A stretch of DNA of 64,000 bases from the NCBI GenBank assembly GCA_030390025.1, contig CM059452.1, positions 8,308,001 to 8,372,000 on the forward strand. Direction: 5' to 3'. Below are positions 1 to 13,745 of this stretch, in pieces; positions within the stretch are counted from its first letter, which is position 1, and each line of letters opens with the position of its first letter. The notes below the pieces were generated by a model, which made no database searches, was not told the DNA's origin, and saw only the letters and a list, made by a program, of their open reading frames with translations. The translations under genes and the position numbers were made by a program. The DNA comes from Squalus acanthias. Lineage: Eukaryota.

Positions 1-720
1 TCTCTGTTCATATTACACTAGGCCTTGTCTCATTTATTACTGCACTAGACCCTGTCTCTGTTTATATTACACTAGATCCTGTCTCAGTTTATATTACACT
101 AGACCTTGTCTCGTTTATTACTGCACGAGACCCTGTCTCTGTTAAAATTACACGAGATCCTGTCTCTGTTTATTTTACACTAGACCCTGTCTCTGTTTAT
201 ATTACACTAGGTCCTGTCTCTGTTTATATTACAGGAGACTCTCTCTCTCTCTGTTTATATTACACAAGACCCTGTCTCTGTTTATATTACACTTGGCCCT
301 GTCGCTGTTTATATTACACTAGACTCTGTCTCTGTTTATATTACACTAGACCTTGTCTCTGTTTATATTACACTCGGCCCTCTCTCTGTTTATATTCCAT
401 GAGACCCTGTCTCTGTTTATATTACTCTAGGCCCTATCTCTATTTATATTACACTATACCCTGTCACTGTTTATATTACACTAGACCCTGTCTCTGTTTA
501 TATTAGACTAGACCCTGTCTCTGTTTATATTACACTAGACTCTGTCTCTTTTTATATTACACTAGACGCTGTCTCTGTTTATGTTACACTAGACCCTGTC
601 TCTGTTTATATTACACTAGGCCCTGTCTCTGATTATATTACACAAGGCCTGTCTCTGTTTATATTACACTAGACACTGTCTCTGTTTATATTGCACGAGG
701 CCCATTTTCAGCTATCATTG
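1..720. repeat. 26-bp minisatellite (CTAGACCCTGTCTCTGTTTATATTACA)n
   Basis: Tandem units directly visible; same family recurs at 1363-1900, 2900-3320 and inverted at 17385-20190. Confidence 0.95.
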
Positions 721-2537
721 TTCCAGACCATATCTCTGCTGGATGGATAGATAGGTATTAATGTAAATAAAGATATATGTGTGAGTGGGCAGGAGGATGC
801 AAACATTTATGATTGGAAGCATACCTTTACTGCTGTTAATAAGTATCAGGAGCAGTGTACAATTTCTAATTGAACTGGTATTTTGTCGGTAATATTTATG
901 TTGAAAGGATGGGGCGAATCTTGGAACAATCCCCCAGAGATGAACTGGGATTGAGGGGCAGGACTAAAGGTGAGAAATAGTGCACTGCCCTTTGCACTAT
1001 TTAGTGGCAAATTCCGTTGTGTTAAAGTTTACTAATTCACACTTGTGTTGCAATGTGCCAATTGCTCACAATTTTTTTAATGTTAAGGATTTTTTCCTGC
1101 AGTATTTTCTATTTAGCATTCACGTCACCCACTGATTGTGTGACATTACCTGGAACCGTGACCTCACAGCACCACCGCATGGGCGGCTGCAGGGTCCTAA
1201 TGTCCAGCGGATCATTTACCATCTGTTTAAGAGGAACAGCTGAAAAAAGCACAGACAAAGTGTTTGCTATATGTGTGAGTGTGAGTGTGTGTGTACAAAA
1301 TACATAATTTTTACTGTTTGCAAGTGCATTCTGCAATGATAAATGATTATCTTCATAATTGTTGATCCTGTCTCTGTTTATTTTAGACTAGACCCTGTCT
1401 CTGTTTATATTACACTAGGCCCTGTCTCTGTTTATATTACAGGAGACTCTCTCTCTCTCTGTTTATATTACACAAGACCCTGTCTCTGTTTATATTACAC
1501 TTGGCCCTGTCGCTGTTTATATTACACTAGACTCTGTCTCTGTTTATATTACACTAGACCCTGTCTCTGTTTATATTACACTAGGCCCTCTCTCTGTTTA
1601 TATTACATGAGACCCTGTCTCTGTTTATATTACTCTAGGCCCTATCTCTATTTATATTACACTAGACCCTGTCACTGTTTATATTACACTAGACCCTGTC
1701 TCTGTTTATATTACACTAGACCCTGTCTCTGTTTTTATTGCACTAGACGCTGTCTCTGTTTATGTTACACTAGACCCTGTCTCTGTTTATATTACACTAG
1801 GCCCTGTCTCTGATTATATTACACAAGGCCTGTCTCTGTTTATATTACACTAGACCCTGTCTCTGTTTATATTGCACGAGGCCCATTTTCAGCTATCATT
1901 GTTCCAGACCATATCTCTGCTGGATGGATAGATAGGTATTAATGTAAATAAAGATATATGTGTGAGTGGGCAGGAGGATGCAAACATTTATGATTGGAAG
2001 CATACCTTTACTGCTGTTAATAAGTATCAGGAGCAGTGTACAATTTCTAATTGAACTGGTATTTTGTCGGTAATATTTATGTTGAAAGGATGGGGCGAAT
2101 CTTGGAACAATCCCCCAGAGATGAACTGGGATTGAGGGGCAGGACTAAAGGTGAGAAATAGTGCACTGCCCTTTGCACTATTTAGTGGCAAACTCCGTTG
2201 TGTTAAAGTTTACTAATTCACACTTGTGTTGCAATGTGCCAATTGCTCACAATTTTTTTAATGTTAAGGATTTTTTCCTGCAGTATTTTCTATTTAGCAT
2301 TCACGTCACCCACTGATTGTGTGACATTACCTGGAACCGTGACCTCACAGCACCACCGCATGGGCGGCTGCAGGGTCCTAATGTCCAGCGGATCATTTAC
2401 CATCTGTTTAAGAGGAACAGCTGAAAAAAGCACAGACAATGTGTTTGCTATATGTGTGAGTGTGAGTGTGTGTGTACAAAATACATCATTTTTACTGTTT
2501 GCAAGTGCATTCTGCAATGATAAATGATTATCTTCAC
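156..2537. repeat. Near-identical tandem duplication of ~1.2 kb (156-1356 / 1363-2537)
   Basis: Unique segment ~700-1350 repeats at offset 1181 (ORFs 1053 and 2234 nearly identical); could be a recent duplication or an assembly artefact. Confidence 0.9.
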
Positions 2538-2899
2538 AATTATTTTTGAACATTTTCTTTTATTCAAAATGTAATTGCAAATTGCTCAATATCTTCAACA
2601 TTTATTAATAACCGATTTTCTTGAGTGCTCTTGTTTACAAAGCGATGTCACTGACCAGTCCGTTACCAAGTCAAGCATGACTGTCCGCGGTAATCAGTTG
2701 GAAAGGGGATTAAATCAGACCGAGGATAATGAGCAGCTACCCACCAGTCTCTGCGCATTATTGCCCAGTGATCACCTCAGCATCACACAGAATCTCCTGA
2801 TATTTACCTCGAGTGTGTGATGATTGGTACAAGTGATGGTAAAAATGAAACTGTACCTGTACCTGACATGAGGTTCATAAATTTATAGTTATCTGACAA

Positions 2900-3320
2900 T
2901 TATTACACTAGACCCTGTCGTTGTTTATATTACACTAGACCCTCTCTCTGTTTATATTACACTAGACCCTGTCTCTGTTTATATTACACTAGACCCTGTC
3001 TCTGTTTATATTACACTAGACACTGTCTCTGTTTATATTACACTGGACCCTGTCTCTCTTTATATTACACGAGACCTGTCTCTGTTTATATTACACTAGA
3101 CCCTGTCTCTGTTTATATTACACTAGACCCTGTCTCTGTTTATATTACACTAGACCCTGTCTCTGTTTATATTACACTAGACCCTGTCTCAGTTATTACT
3201 ATACTAGACCCCGCCTCAGTTTATATTACACTAGTCGCTGTTTCAGTAATTATTGCACTAGGCCCTGCCTTATTTGTTACAGCCCATGACTTTGTTTATA
3301 TTATAATAGGCCTCATCTCA
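2900..3320. repeat. 26-bp minisatellite
   Basis: Same unit as 1-720. Confidence 0.9.
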
Positions 3321-3324
3321 GGTA

Positions 3325-3855
3325 ACATAAGAACATAATAAATAGGAGCAGGAGTAGGCCATTCGGCCCCTCGAGCCAGCTCCGCATTGAATAAGACCAT
3401 TACTGATCCTCCACCTCAACTCCACTTTCCTGCACTATCACCATATACCGTGATTCCTTTAACATCCAAAAATCTATTGATCACTAACGACTGAGCCTCC
3501 ACAGCCCTCTGGAGTAGAGAATTCCAAAGATTCACCACCCTCTGAGTGAAGAAATTTCCCCACTCATCTCAGTCTAAATGGCCGACCCCTTATTCTGAGA
3601 CTGTGACCCCTGTTTCTAGACTCCCCAGCCAGGGGAAACATCCTCCCTGCCTCTAAACTGTCAAGCACTGTAAGAATTTTGTATGTTTCAATGAGATCAC
3701 CTCTCATTCTTCTAAAATCTAGAGAATATAGGCCTATTCTACTAAATCTCTCCTCATAGGACAATCCTCCCATCCCATAAATCAGTCTGGTGAACTATCG
3801 TTGGACTCTCTCTATGGCAAGTATATCCTTCCTTCAGTAAGGAGACCAAAACTGC
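3325..3855 (-). mobile_element. CR1-type LINE 3' fragment
   Basis: ORF 3564-3773 LSYEERFSRIGLYSLDFRRMRGDLIETYKI is the CR1 ORF2 C-terminus; (TTCTTATG)n tail at ~3325-3340. Confidence 0.9.
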
Positions 3856-5490
3856 AGGATGCAGGGTGTCCTTGAAGCGTTTCCTCTGCCCACCTGGGGC
3901 TCTCTTGCCATGTCGGGATGAAAGACTTCAGTTACGTGGAGAGACTTGAGGAACAGGTTTTGTTCCTGAACCAATTCAACACGTGACCGACATCACCGCA
4001 CCCTGATTATTGTATCTGCTCCCCTTCCTTTACCGTCAGTGGTCGTTGATTAAAGGCATACAGAATTCTCGGTGTCACCATCTTGCTTTTTAAACAAATA
4101 TTGTGCCAAACTGGTGACTTGTCGGGTCCTCTGTGTTTCAGATCTTCACATCAGGATGTTGATTTCGATCGAACCCTTTTCCACTGCAATAATTTCCGGC
4201 ATCCGACTGGTTCCTCATATTCAGTTGACAAACTCCATCTTAAACTAAGGCGGGGACTTCACTGAGCGGAAGGGTGGAGTCCCGCCGCCCCCTGGTGGCT
4301 GGCCCAAACATTGCACGCGGTGCTCCGGGACAGACTCTTAAGAAAAAGCCAGATAAGAATAAGAAAAATGTGAATTTCGCCGTGTCCTGGCAATTAGAGC
4401 TTAAAAAAGAAATAAACTGCGCTTGCTAGAAAAGGTGATGCTAGTAACAGGAATAAAACAACTTTCAAAATTTAGATGAATCAAAATAACCATGATAGGT
4501 GGTTTATTCAGATAGAAATCAGTCTAAATATGTAACTCAATGATTACTTGACCACACACCAGAAGCGCTTTGGGGAATCTGAACACACTGGATAAGGCTT
4601 TATGTAAATATATAGTTTCTGATCATGTTTGCTGCACACAATCAGCGCGTTTCCTCGGTGTTATAGACCTGCCACTGGGTTTGCCTGGTGTGTACAGCTC
4701 CTTGAACGGTTGGAGCACAACATCACGTTGTTTGGGCAGAAGATTCTCTCTGTTAGTGACACCTGTAAGAGGAAGTTTGTGTATCTTGTGAACTTACCGG
4801 TTAATAGAGCTGCAGCTGCGACGACTGAGTAAAAAGACACACCCAACATGTTTGCAGAGAGTTGATGACGGATTTGAACATAACGGGTTGAACATGTAAT
4901 TGTTTTAGTCAAGAGCTGGGAAGATATTGAGTAATATCCGGTCTCACTGCCGATTGGTTCATTCCTGACAGAGTCAACAGATGACATTCAATCAGCTCAC
5001 GTGTCCTTTGTTCTCCAATGCATCCAATCAGATCACAGCTCCTTTGTTCTCCAAGTCATCCAATCATCTCACAGTTCCTTTGTTCTCCAACTCATGACGT
5101 CAGAGCGGAGAGCGGGGCACGGAGAGAAATTGTTCTCCTTACAACAGTGAACTGGAGTGGGATTAAACCCAACGCTGGCCCTTTAACATGGTCAATCTGT
5201 GAGGTGGAGGCAGTGAAGGGAAATAGTTCATGTTGTTTGGTATAAGTGCCGGAAAGTCCCATTAAAAGAGCTGCTCTCTGACCATGAGAACTCCCACAGC
5301 CGATATAAATGGGAATAATACATATAATTACAGAGTGTACAGCACAGAAACAGGCCATTCGTCCAAACTCGTCTTTATAATTTGGTTTGCGTTATATTAT
5401 CTGATCATAATCCAGGTCCAAAATCTGATTCAATGAAAGGAGGTGAGAGTTTGTTTTTGTACGGACTGACTGCGCCCCTGTAACAGTGTG

Positions 5491-5928
5491 GGGCTTAGCG
5501 CACAGAAATACTCGGCACAGTCAGAGACAAGAGCCCCGGAGACAATTAAAAGAACCGTTTTCTTGTCTTGGTCCAAATCAGCAGAGAACCGGTCTGGGGT
5601 ATCTGGAGACCTTACCCCCTGCCCCTTGCCGTATCTCTTCAGTAAATATATCGGAGCTTCCCCGGGGTACTGGATGTACCAGAAGAGAGTTGAGCCACCG
5701 TACTCTGCCGAGTAACTACAGTTCAGTATTATGGTCTGTCCTTCCTGAGACGTTAATTCTGGCGGATCCTGAGAAACTGAATCTTCGCCACTCGTTCCTG
5801 TAACAAAATACAAAATATGTGAAAAGCCTGTGAGTGAATACAACCCATGGAACACACACTGGCCATTTAAACATGGACTCACCGGGCAGCACGACCATTA
5901 TTATCAATAATGAACATGGGGAGCACAT
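5491..5928 (-). CDS. TRAV: TCR alpha/delta V segment, apparently functional (leader 5928-5883, V exon 5797-5491)
   Basis: Leader MCSPCSLLIIMVVLP with GT-AG intron; Cys23, WYIQ, DCAEYFCALS; RSS CACACTG (5490-5484), 23 bp, ACAAAAACA (5460-5452). Confidence 0.9.
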
Positions 5929-6197
5929 GGTGTCTGGTTTAGAGTTCGACAGAAAAGAACACAAATTTCTAAACATGTGTGATATTAAAGATTACACCCA
6001 GATCAGGGGCAGGCTTCACTTATTGAGAAACTGAGGGGCGTCTCCCAGGGACAGGATTGGCTGGTCTCTCAGAACTGTCTTCAGTTTTGCACCAATGAGT
6101 GTTAATTGTGTCCAATTACTGCAGGATCTCTCTAAACTCTTTCCTTGCCTGTCTGTTTGTGGCATTGTCTCGCTCTATATATGTCTATTTAACTCGG

Positions 6198-6261
<64 letters not shown>

Positions 6262-6469
6262 CTGTCTTTTCCTCTCATTGTATCTCTGTCGCTCTCGCAT
6301 TAAGGTGAAAAGTGAAGAAATTCCTGCAGTCACTGTGTCCCATTAATAGTTGCAATCTTAAGAATATGAATTAAATGACATACACACACGCCAACATTAA
6401 CAAAAATACACAGATTTTTTGATATCTGTGGAGGTTATTGACGTATATTCAGTTGTACTTTGCTTGAGA

Positions 6470-8519
6470 AAGAAAGACTCTAAGAGAAGGATGAACCATC
6501 CGTGGCTAACTGAGGAAGTAAAGGATCGTATCAAATTGAAAACAAATGCATACAATGTTGCGAAGAATAGTGAAAGGTCAGGGGATTGGGAAATTTTTAA
6601 AAACCAACAAAGTACGACTAAAAAAGAAAGGTTAAAGAGAGAGAAGATAGCTTATGAGAGTATAATAGCAAGAAATATAAAAACAGACAGTAAGAGCTTC
6701 TACAGGTATATAAAAAAGAAAGAGAGTAGCTAAAGTAAACGTTGGTCCCCTAGAGGATGAGTCTGGGGAATTAATAATGGGAAACAGGGAAATGGCAGAG
6801 ACTTTGAACAAATAGTTTGTATGGGTCTTCACGGTAGAATACATTAAAAGCATCCCAATAATGGACAATCAATGGGCTATTGGGTGGAGGGGGAACATAA
6901 AACAACCGCTATCACTAGAGAGAAAGTACTAGGCAAACTAATGGGACTGAAGGTGGACAAGTCCCCTGGACCCGATGACCTGCACCCTAGAGTCTTAAAA
7001 GAGGTGGGGGCAGAGATAGTGGATGCATTGTTTGTAATCTACCAAAATTCCCTGGATTCTGGAGAGGTCTCAGCGGACTGGAAAACCGCAAATGTAATGC
7101 CCCTATTTAAGAAATGAGGGAGACAGAAAGCAGGCAACTATCGACCAGTTAGCCTAACATCTGTCATTGGGAAAATGCTGGAGTCCATCATTAAGGAAGT
7201 GATAGCAGGACATGTGGAAAATCATAATATAGTCAAACAGAGTCAGCATGGTTTTATGAAAGGGAAATCATGTTTTACAAATTTGCTGGAGTTCTTTGAG
7301 GATATAACGAGCAAGGTGGATAAAGGGGAACCAGCAGATGTCGTGTATTTGGATTTCCAAGGGGCATTCGATAAGGTGCCACATAAAAGGTGCTACACAA
7401 GATAAGAGCTCACGGGGATAGAGGATTGGCTAACTAACAGAAAACCGAGAGTCGGGATAAGTGGGTCATTTTCAGGTTGGCAAACTGTAACTAGTGGTGT
7501 GCCGCAGGGATCGGTGCTTGGGCCTCAACTATTTACAATCTGTATTAATTACTGGGATAGAGGTACTGAGTGTAATGTAGCCAAATTTGCTGATGATACA
7601 AAGATAGGTGGGAAAGCAAATTTTCTGGAGGACGCAAATAATCTCCAAAGCGATATAGATAGGCTAAGTGAATGGGCAAAAATCTGGCAGATGGAGTTTA
7701 ATGTGGGACAATGCGAGGTTATCCACCTTGGTAGGAAAATATGAAAGCAAATTATTATTTAAATGGGGAGAGATTACAAAATGCTGAAGTACAGTGGGAT
7801 CTGGAGGTCCTTCTACATGAATCACAAAAAGTTAGCGTGCAGGTAAGCAAGCAATTGGGAAGGCAAATGGAGTGTTGGCCTTTATTGCAAAGGGAATGGA
7901 GTATAAAAGTAGGGAAGTCCTGTTACAACTGTACAGGGCGCTGGTGAGACCACACCTGAAGTACTGTGTACAGTTTTGGTCTCCTTATTTAAGGAAGGAT
8001 ATACTTGCATTGGAGGCAAGTTCAGAGAAGGTTCACGAGGTTGATTCCGGAGATGAAGGGGTTGTCTTATGAAGAAAGGTTGAGCAGGTTCGGCCTATAC
8101 TAATTGGAGTTTAGAAGAATGAGAGGGGATCTTATTGAATCATGTAAGATTCTGAAGTGGCTTGACACGGTAGATGCAGAGAGGATGTTTCGTCTCGTGG
8201 GGGAATCTAGAATTAGGGGGCATAATTTCAGAATAAGGGGAGCCCCTTTTAAATCGGAAATGAGGAGGAATTTCTTCTTCCAGAGGGTCGTGAATCTGTG
8301 GAATTCTCTACCCCAGAGAGCTGTGGCGGCAGGGTCATTGAATATATTTAAGGTGGAGATAGACAGATGTTTGAACGATAAGGGAGTCAAGAGTTACGGG
8401 GAACGGGCAGGGAAGTGGAGTTGAGGCCAAAATCAGATCAGCCATGATCTTATTGAATGGCGGAGCAGGCCCGAGGGGCCAAATGAACTACTCCTGCTCC
8501 TACGTCTTAGGTTCTTATG
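6470..8519 (+). mobile_element. 5'-truncated, frameshifted CR1 LINE (RT region through 3' tail)
   Basis: Fragments KSPGPDDLHP, VYLDFQGAFDKVPH, PQGSVLGP, KFADDTK, RMRGDLIE; tail TTCTTATG; TSD-like TTGAGA/TTGAAA; empty site in paralog at ~55815. Confidence 0.95.
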
Positions 8520-8599
8520 TTGAAATGTAAGCTATTTAACAAGTGATCAGAGAGCGCACTCCTGCGTCAAGTACAAGCCTCACACAGAGTACTGGAAAC

Positions 8600-9005
8600 A
8601 AGCACATGACCACAGACACCCACACACAGACACACGCACACTCAAACACACACACACACTCAAAGCACACACACAAGCACAGGCACACTCAAACACACAC
8701 ACAGACATGCACACATTCATACACTGAAACACACGCACACTCAAACACACACACACTCAAACGCACACAAAGACACACATACATAGACACACACACATTC
8801 GTACACTGAAGCGCACACACACTCAAACACACACATACGCAGACACTCTTACACACCCAAACACGCACCTAGACACACATTCACACACACGCAAACACGC
8901 AACCAGACACACACTCATACATACACACGCACACACACACACGCACACACACAGAAACACACAAACACAGATAGACACACACTCAAACACACACAGACAC
9001 ACATA
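8600..9005. repeat. (CA)-rich low-complexity expansion
   Basis: Degenerate CA repeats; much shorter in the paralog at ~55670-55730. Confidence 0.85.
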
Positions 9006-10397
9006 CCGGAATAACCACAGACTGGCACACAGTGATTCTTATCTTGTGGACGTTATTTATATATATTCAGTTGTAAATTGTTTGAGATGAATGAGGAACA
9101 GACTCGATGTAAACTCTTCTAGAATTGGATTCATTCCGTCTCTCAACAATGTGCCAAAAGGTTTCCCAACCAATCAGACAATCCCTGAGGATCATGTGAC
9201 AAGCTGCACCCGCCCATCCCTGAATCACGGGTTGTATATTTGTCCTTTCACACTTCTCTTCCTAGACACAATCAGCACAGCCCCGTTCACTCGGTGCGAT
9301 CTACTTGCTGCTGTCTTTACCTGATAAGTGCAGGTCCCTGAACGGATCAAATCATTAATCTCATATTGTTTGCGCAGCAACTTGTCCACATTCTGTTTTC
9401 AGATGCAATGGGATCTAAATTCACTAAACAGGTGCAATCTCTGCGATGGGGGCAGTAAAGGGAACGAGTTAATGTTGTTCTGGTATCAGTGCCGGAGGCT
9501 CCGATTGAAAGAGCTGCTCACTAATCATCAGATCTACCCACTGCTGATATAAACAGGAATATAGACGGCCAGCAGGTCCTGAGGGACTTGAACACAACGA
9601 TACGGTAAATTGTACAAACGCCACCTGTTATATGAATGAAATGGGGAATGACTGACATGTTTGAGCAGAATGGGAGGATGCGAGCAGCGGATAGGCTCAG
9701 TGATACCAACATGTCATTAATAATACATTAATAATTCACAATAATGTTAAAAATAAAACAATGCTTCCATTTGAATTTAATGCCTTTACTTCTGAATCTC
9801 TTTATTAAATAACGGAACTGAACGGTGTTGTCCGTCTGTAACTCGCCCTCACACTGAAACCAACAGTGAACACATCCGCCCACTGCCCTCTGGTGGCGAC
9901 TACCTGTAACTACAAGCTACAAATCCCGCCGTGTTGCAGTTCACCAGATCACTGAGAATGAGGGAGGCCATTCGGTTTATCTTGTCTCATCCATCCAGAG
10001 AGATCCTAACTCCCGCCCCTCACTGCAGCCTCAAACTTTTCCTTAAACGATTCCAGGGTATTTCCCTCGGCCACTCTATGCAGAAGTATATTCCACACAT
10101 TAATCACTCTGTGTGTGTGTGAAGAATTTCCTGGTGCCCGCCCTAAAATTAGCTTTTATACATTGACCCCGTGTCCCCAGCTTCTACTTCCACAGCTCAG
10201 TTTAAAGTAATATTGCGGGTTCGGATTTAATGCTGATACTCCTCTTGGAGTCATTGCAGTCGGGCACTGGGACACGCTGCTGCTTAAAACAGCTCCTGTG
10301 TCATCTGCTTCATCATTCCACTTCAGAGAAAAGGCTCATTGCGAGAGAAAGTGAGCACCAGGCGACTATTTCCTTCTTCTCACTCAATCTTCATCAG

Positions 10398-10900
10398 CCC
10401 CGCCCACAACTTCCGTTTGCTGCTCTCGCTCTGACCCGCCTTGCCTGCCCTGTGTTATTGGAGGGATTGCTGCCGCTGTTCCCTGTTTGGCATTGGTTGG
10501 ATCAGAAGTGCAGTGGGGCGGGGATCTGTATTTCTGCTCCCACAGAGGATTTTCCGGACTGCAGAGTTACAGACTCAGGGAGCATCATGCGGAACCGTCT
10601 CGCATCGCTCCTCATCATTATATCACTTCTCAGTAAGTATTTCCTCCCCAGTAAACAGCCATTCTCCCCCTGACTGCTGTAACCCAGGTGTTATTGTTGG
10701 TGAAATGGTGATGATGATGGTGGATCAACACACATTTCATCTTGTCTCTAATTTCCAACACGGTATGAATCTGAATTTTAAAAACTCGCTGGTCTGTCCT
10801 TTTCCTGTTTCAACATGTTTTTTTCAGATCTGAATCATGGTGATTCTGTCATTCAGACGCTGTCTTCAAGAGTTAAGACAAAACGAGAAGCGGTGACTTG
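10398..10900 (+). pseudogene. Family-A promoter/leader joined to a truncated 5' stub of a family-B-like V exon
   Basis: Leader MRNRLASLLIIISLL/GTAAGT, then ttttcag/ATCTGAATCATGGTGATTCTGTC (DLNHGDSVIQ), ending before Cys23. Confidence 0.75.
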
Positions 10901-11067
10901 TGGAGTGTTCTGTTTTCTCGCCCTTTTTAGAAGGTCCCTGTGACTCTCACTGTGGAGACTGAATTATCGCTTGTTTATCGGCGTGAGAGCGCCCTCTGGT
11001 GAGCACTAACCGGAACTCTCAGTGTGGGGTTTTTGTACGGGATGCGCTATATCTCTGAAGCAATGTG

Positions 11068-11583
11068 GGGCTCATGGCACAGAAATACACGGCAGTGTCG
11101 GAGATCCGGACTTTGCCGATCGTTAGCTCGGTAATCTTGGTAGTTTTATTAAACCTAGAATTGAATCGGTCAGTAACGTCATGGTTCCGGTTCACATTCC
11201 CTCCGATAAGATGAAGTACGTACTGTGGTGGCTTCCCGGGGTGCTGACTGTACCAGTACACATAAGGGTTAGTATCGCTTGTTTTCAAGGTGCAGGTTAG
11301 TGTGACATTGCTTTCCTCTTCAACCGTCATTTCAAGGACCGTCTGTTCCACTGTGTCTTGGAGGCTACATTCTAAAATAAAATAACAGTAATAGTGATTA
11401 TCACCACCATCACCATCACCATCACCATCATCACCATTACCATCAATGTCATCTTAAGCAACATAATCATCATCATTTTAGCAACAATAACATCTGGGTT
11501 ACAGCAGTCAGGGGGAGAATGTGAAGGAAATACTTACTGAGAAGTGATATAATGATGAGGGGAGAAGTGATACGGGTCCACAT
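11068..11583 (-). CDS. TRAV: TCR alpha/delta V segment, family A (leader 11583-11538, V exon 11371-11068)
   Basis: VTLTC...WYSQHPG...DTAVYFCAMS; RSS CACATTG, 24 bp, ACAAAAACC (11067-11028); CTCF motif ~10988-11002. Confidence 0.9.
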
Positions 11584-12426
11584 GATCTTCCCTCCGTCTG
11601 TAAGTCTGCAGTCCGGGAAATCCACTTTCGGAGCAGAAATACAGATTCCCGCCCCCACTGCACTGCTGATCCAAGCAATGCCAGACAGGGAACAGCGGCA
11701 GCAATCTCTCCAATAACACAGGGCAGGCAAGGCGGGTCAGAGCGAGAGCAGCAAACGGAAGCTGTGGGCGGGGCTGCAGCGGGCAGTATCACCGCAAGAT
11801 TTGTCTCTATAATTTCCAGTTGATGACGGCGAGAAACACGTGACCACGGCGCCCTCTGCCGGTGATTCTGAGAATTTTACACCGTCGGGAAAATCGGTAG
11901 AGTAAAGTGTGAGTTTATCGGTGGGGCAGTTTCCAGAGGCCTGTTATTGGGAGACAATGTGTATTGCTTCAGACAATTCAGCTTTGTAAACAGGGGGAAG
12001 GGAAATGCGAGTGAATTTAAAGGAAATACATTTTTCTTTAATTCTGAATCTCTTTATGGCTTTTTCTTACCTTTTAACTTTATGTTTCTCACTCGTTATT
12101 TCTCACATTCTTTCATTTCTCTTTCCCTCCTTTCCTAACCTGCTGTCCTCTACACTCTCATTATTACACCGCTTTTTCTCTTTCTCTCATTCCCTCTTTG
12201 GTGTATTCTCTTTCTTTTCCTCTGTCTATGTTTCCAACTCTCTTCATTTCTCACTTTCTTTAAATCATTCTCTTCAATATATCATCATTGTTCTGTGCTC
12301 AGTCCCTCTGTCCTCCGATTATTATAACCGGGCCCCTCCCAATCCCGTTACTCCAAACACAGCAGAGCGGCGCTCCCCCTCGGGGCAGGTTTCTGTGCGG
12401 ACTCTCCGCCTGTTTGTTACACTGTG

Positions 12427-12760
12427 GGCTCACGGCGCAGAGATAGGTGGCGCTGTCTGTCACTCGCGCGTCTCTCACAGTCAGGACACTGAGTTTATTG
12501 CCTCCCCCGATTGAAGCAGTGATCCTCCCGTGTTGATCGGTCCCGCTTGTGGCCATCACCAGATGCTGGAGGGTCTGATCCGGGTTCTGTCTGTACCAGT
12601 GCAGGACGGTAAACGCAGCGGTAGCGGAGCAGTTGATGGACACGATTCCCTCTTCACTAACAACCACCCGCCGAGGGAACTGCTCCATCTCATCTTCACC
12701 GCTCACATCCGTACAGATCAGAGTGTAAATCAGCAGGGAAACTCTGTAAATCCGGAGCAT
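12427..12760 (-). CDS. TRAV: TCR alpha/delta V segment, family C, leader and V in one exon
   Basis: Continuous ORF MLRIYRVSLLIYTLICTDVSG-EDE...SINC...WYRQ...DSATYLCAVS; RSS CACAGTG, 23 bp, ACAGAAACC (12426-12388). Confidence 0.85.
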
Positions 12761-12934
12761 TATCCGATCAGATGAAGAGGAGGCTGAAAGAATTGCACAC
12801 GGAGGTCGGGTTAGAACCAGGACTCTGATATTATATCCAGGAGAATTAGGAAGGAGACAAACTTCCGCTGCATGTCCAACTCAGAGACTTCTTCCTGTCG
12901 AAATAACGAAACAATCTGCGTCTCGGGGTTTACC

Positions 12935-13190
12935 TAACCCGGGCCGCCCACACTCAGTGTTTCTCACTGACACCAGATCACACTGTCTCTGAGCTCACCC
13001 CGGGCCGCTCACACTCAGTGTTTCTCACTGACACCAGCTCACATTGTCTCTGAGCTCACCCCGGGCCGCTCACACTCAGTGTTTCTCACTGACACCAGCT
13101 CACACTGTCTCTGAGCTCACACCGGGCCGCCCACACTCAGTGTTTCTCACTGACACCAGCTCACACTGTCCTGAGCTCACATCGGGCAGC
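12935..13190 (-). repeat. 61-bp VNTR upstream of family-C V (~4 units)
   Basis: Same unit as 35559-36005 and 51490-51735. Confidence 0.9.
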
Positions 13191-13745
13191 AGTACAACGG
13201 CCCCTCGTTATGTTAACGGTGAGCCATATTATAGACATAGTATTCGGTATCTTTTTAAACACAATCTGAAAACTATTAAGCAGCAGTGTAGGTTCACACT
13301 GCCCTCTTGTGACTTTTTTCTGATGCACATTTCAACTTTCGGTGCAATGAATGTAACGTGGATTGGTCTGTCAGGACACCGCGAGGTTTATTTTGGGTCG
13401 TTTGTACGTGTCGTGTGAAAGACAGAATGGAGACACTCTTCAGGAATTCATTCTCAATGAATCTTAATATATTAAAACACAAAAAAGGTGATTAAGCCCA
13501 TCAAGTCTTCACTTCCGTTCTCGCATCCTGCTCTTTAATAATTCTCTCAGTACCCAATATGCTTCTTTATAAAAGAATAATTGATGGAGTCTGCGTCACT
13601 AACAGTGTCTGGCAGAGAATTCCAGCTTCTCACCTCCCTTAAATAGGAATCTTTTTGAAGAATGAACTTCAGTACGAAGGTTTTTTCCCTCTTTCCGAGT
13701 AGTTCCGGGATGTGTCCAGGACATTGTGGGTGAGGCCGGTAACGG

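Noticed and set aside
1343-1813. Cys/Tyr-rich ORF (CLCLYYTRP)n and ORF 18068-18592
   Set aside because: Translations of the 26-bp minisatellite
10230-10833. Recurrent ORFs such as MPALCYWRDCC and MLLEGLLPLFPVWHW (nine copies)
   Set aside because: Non-ATG read-throughs of the family-A promoter/5' UTR; frames are not preserved between copies
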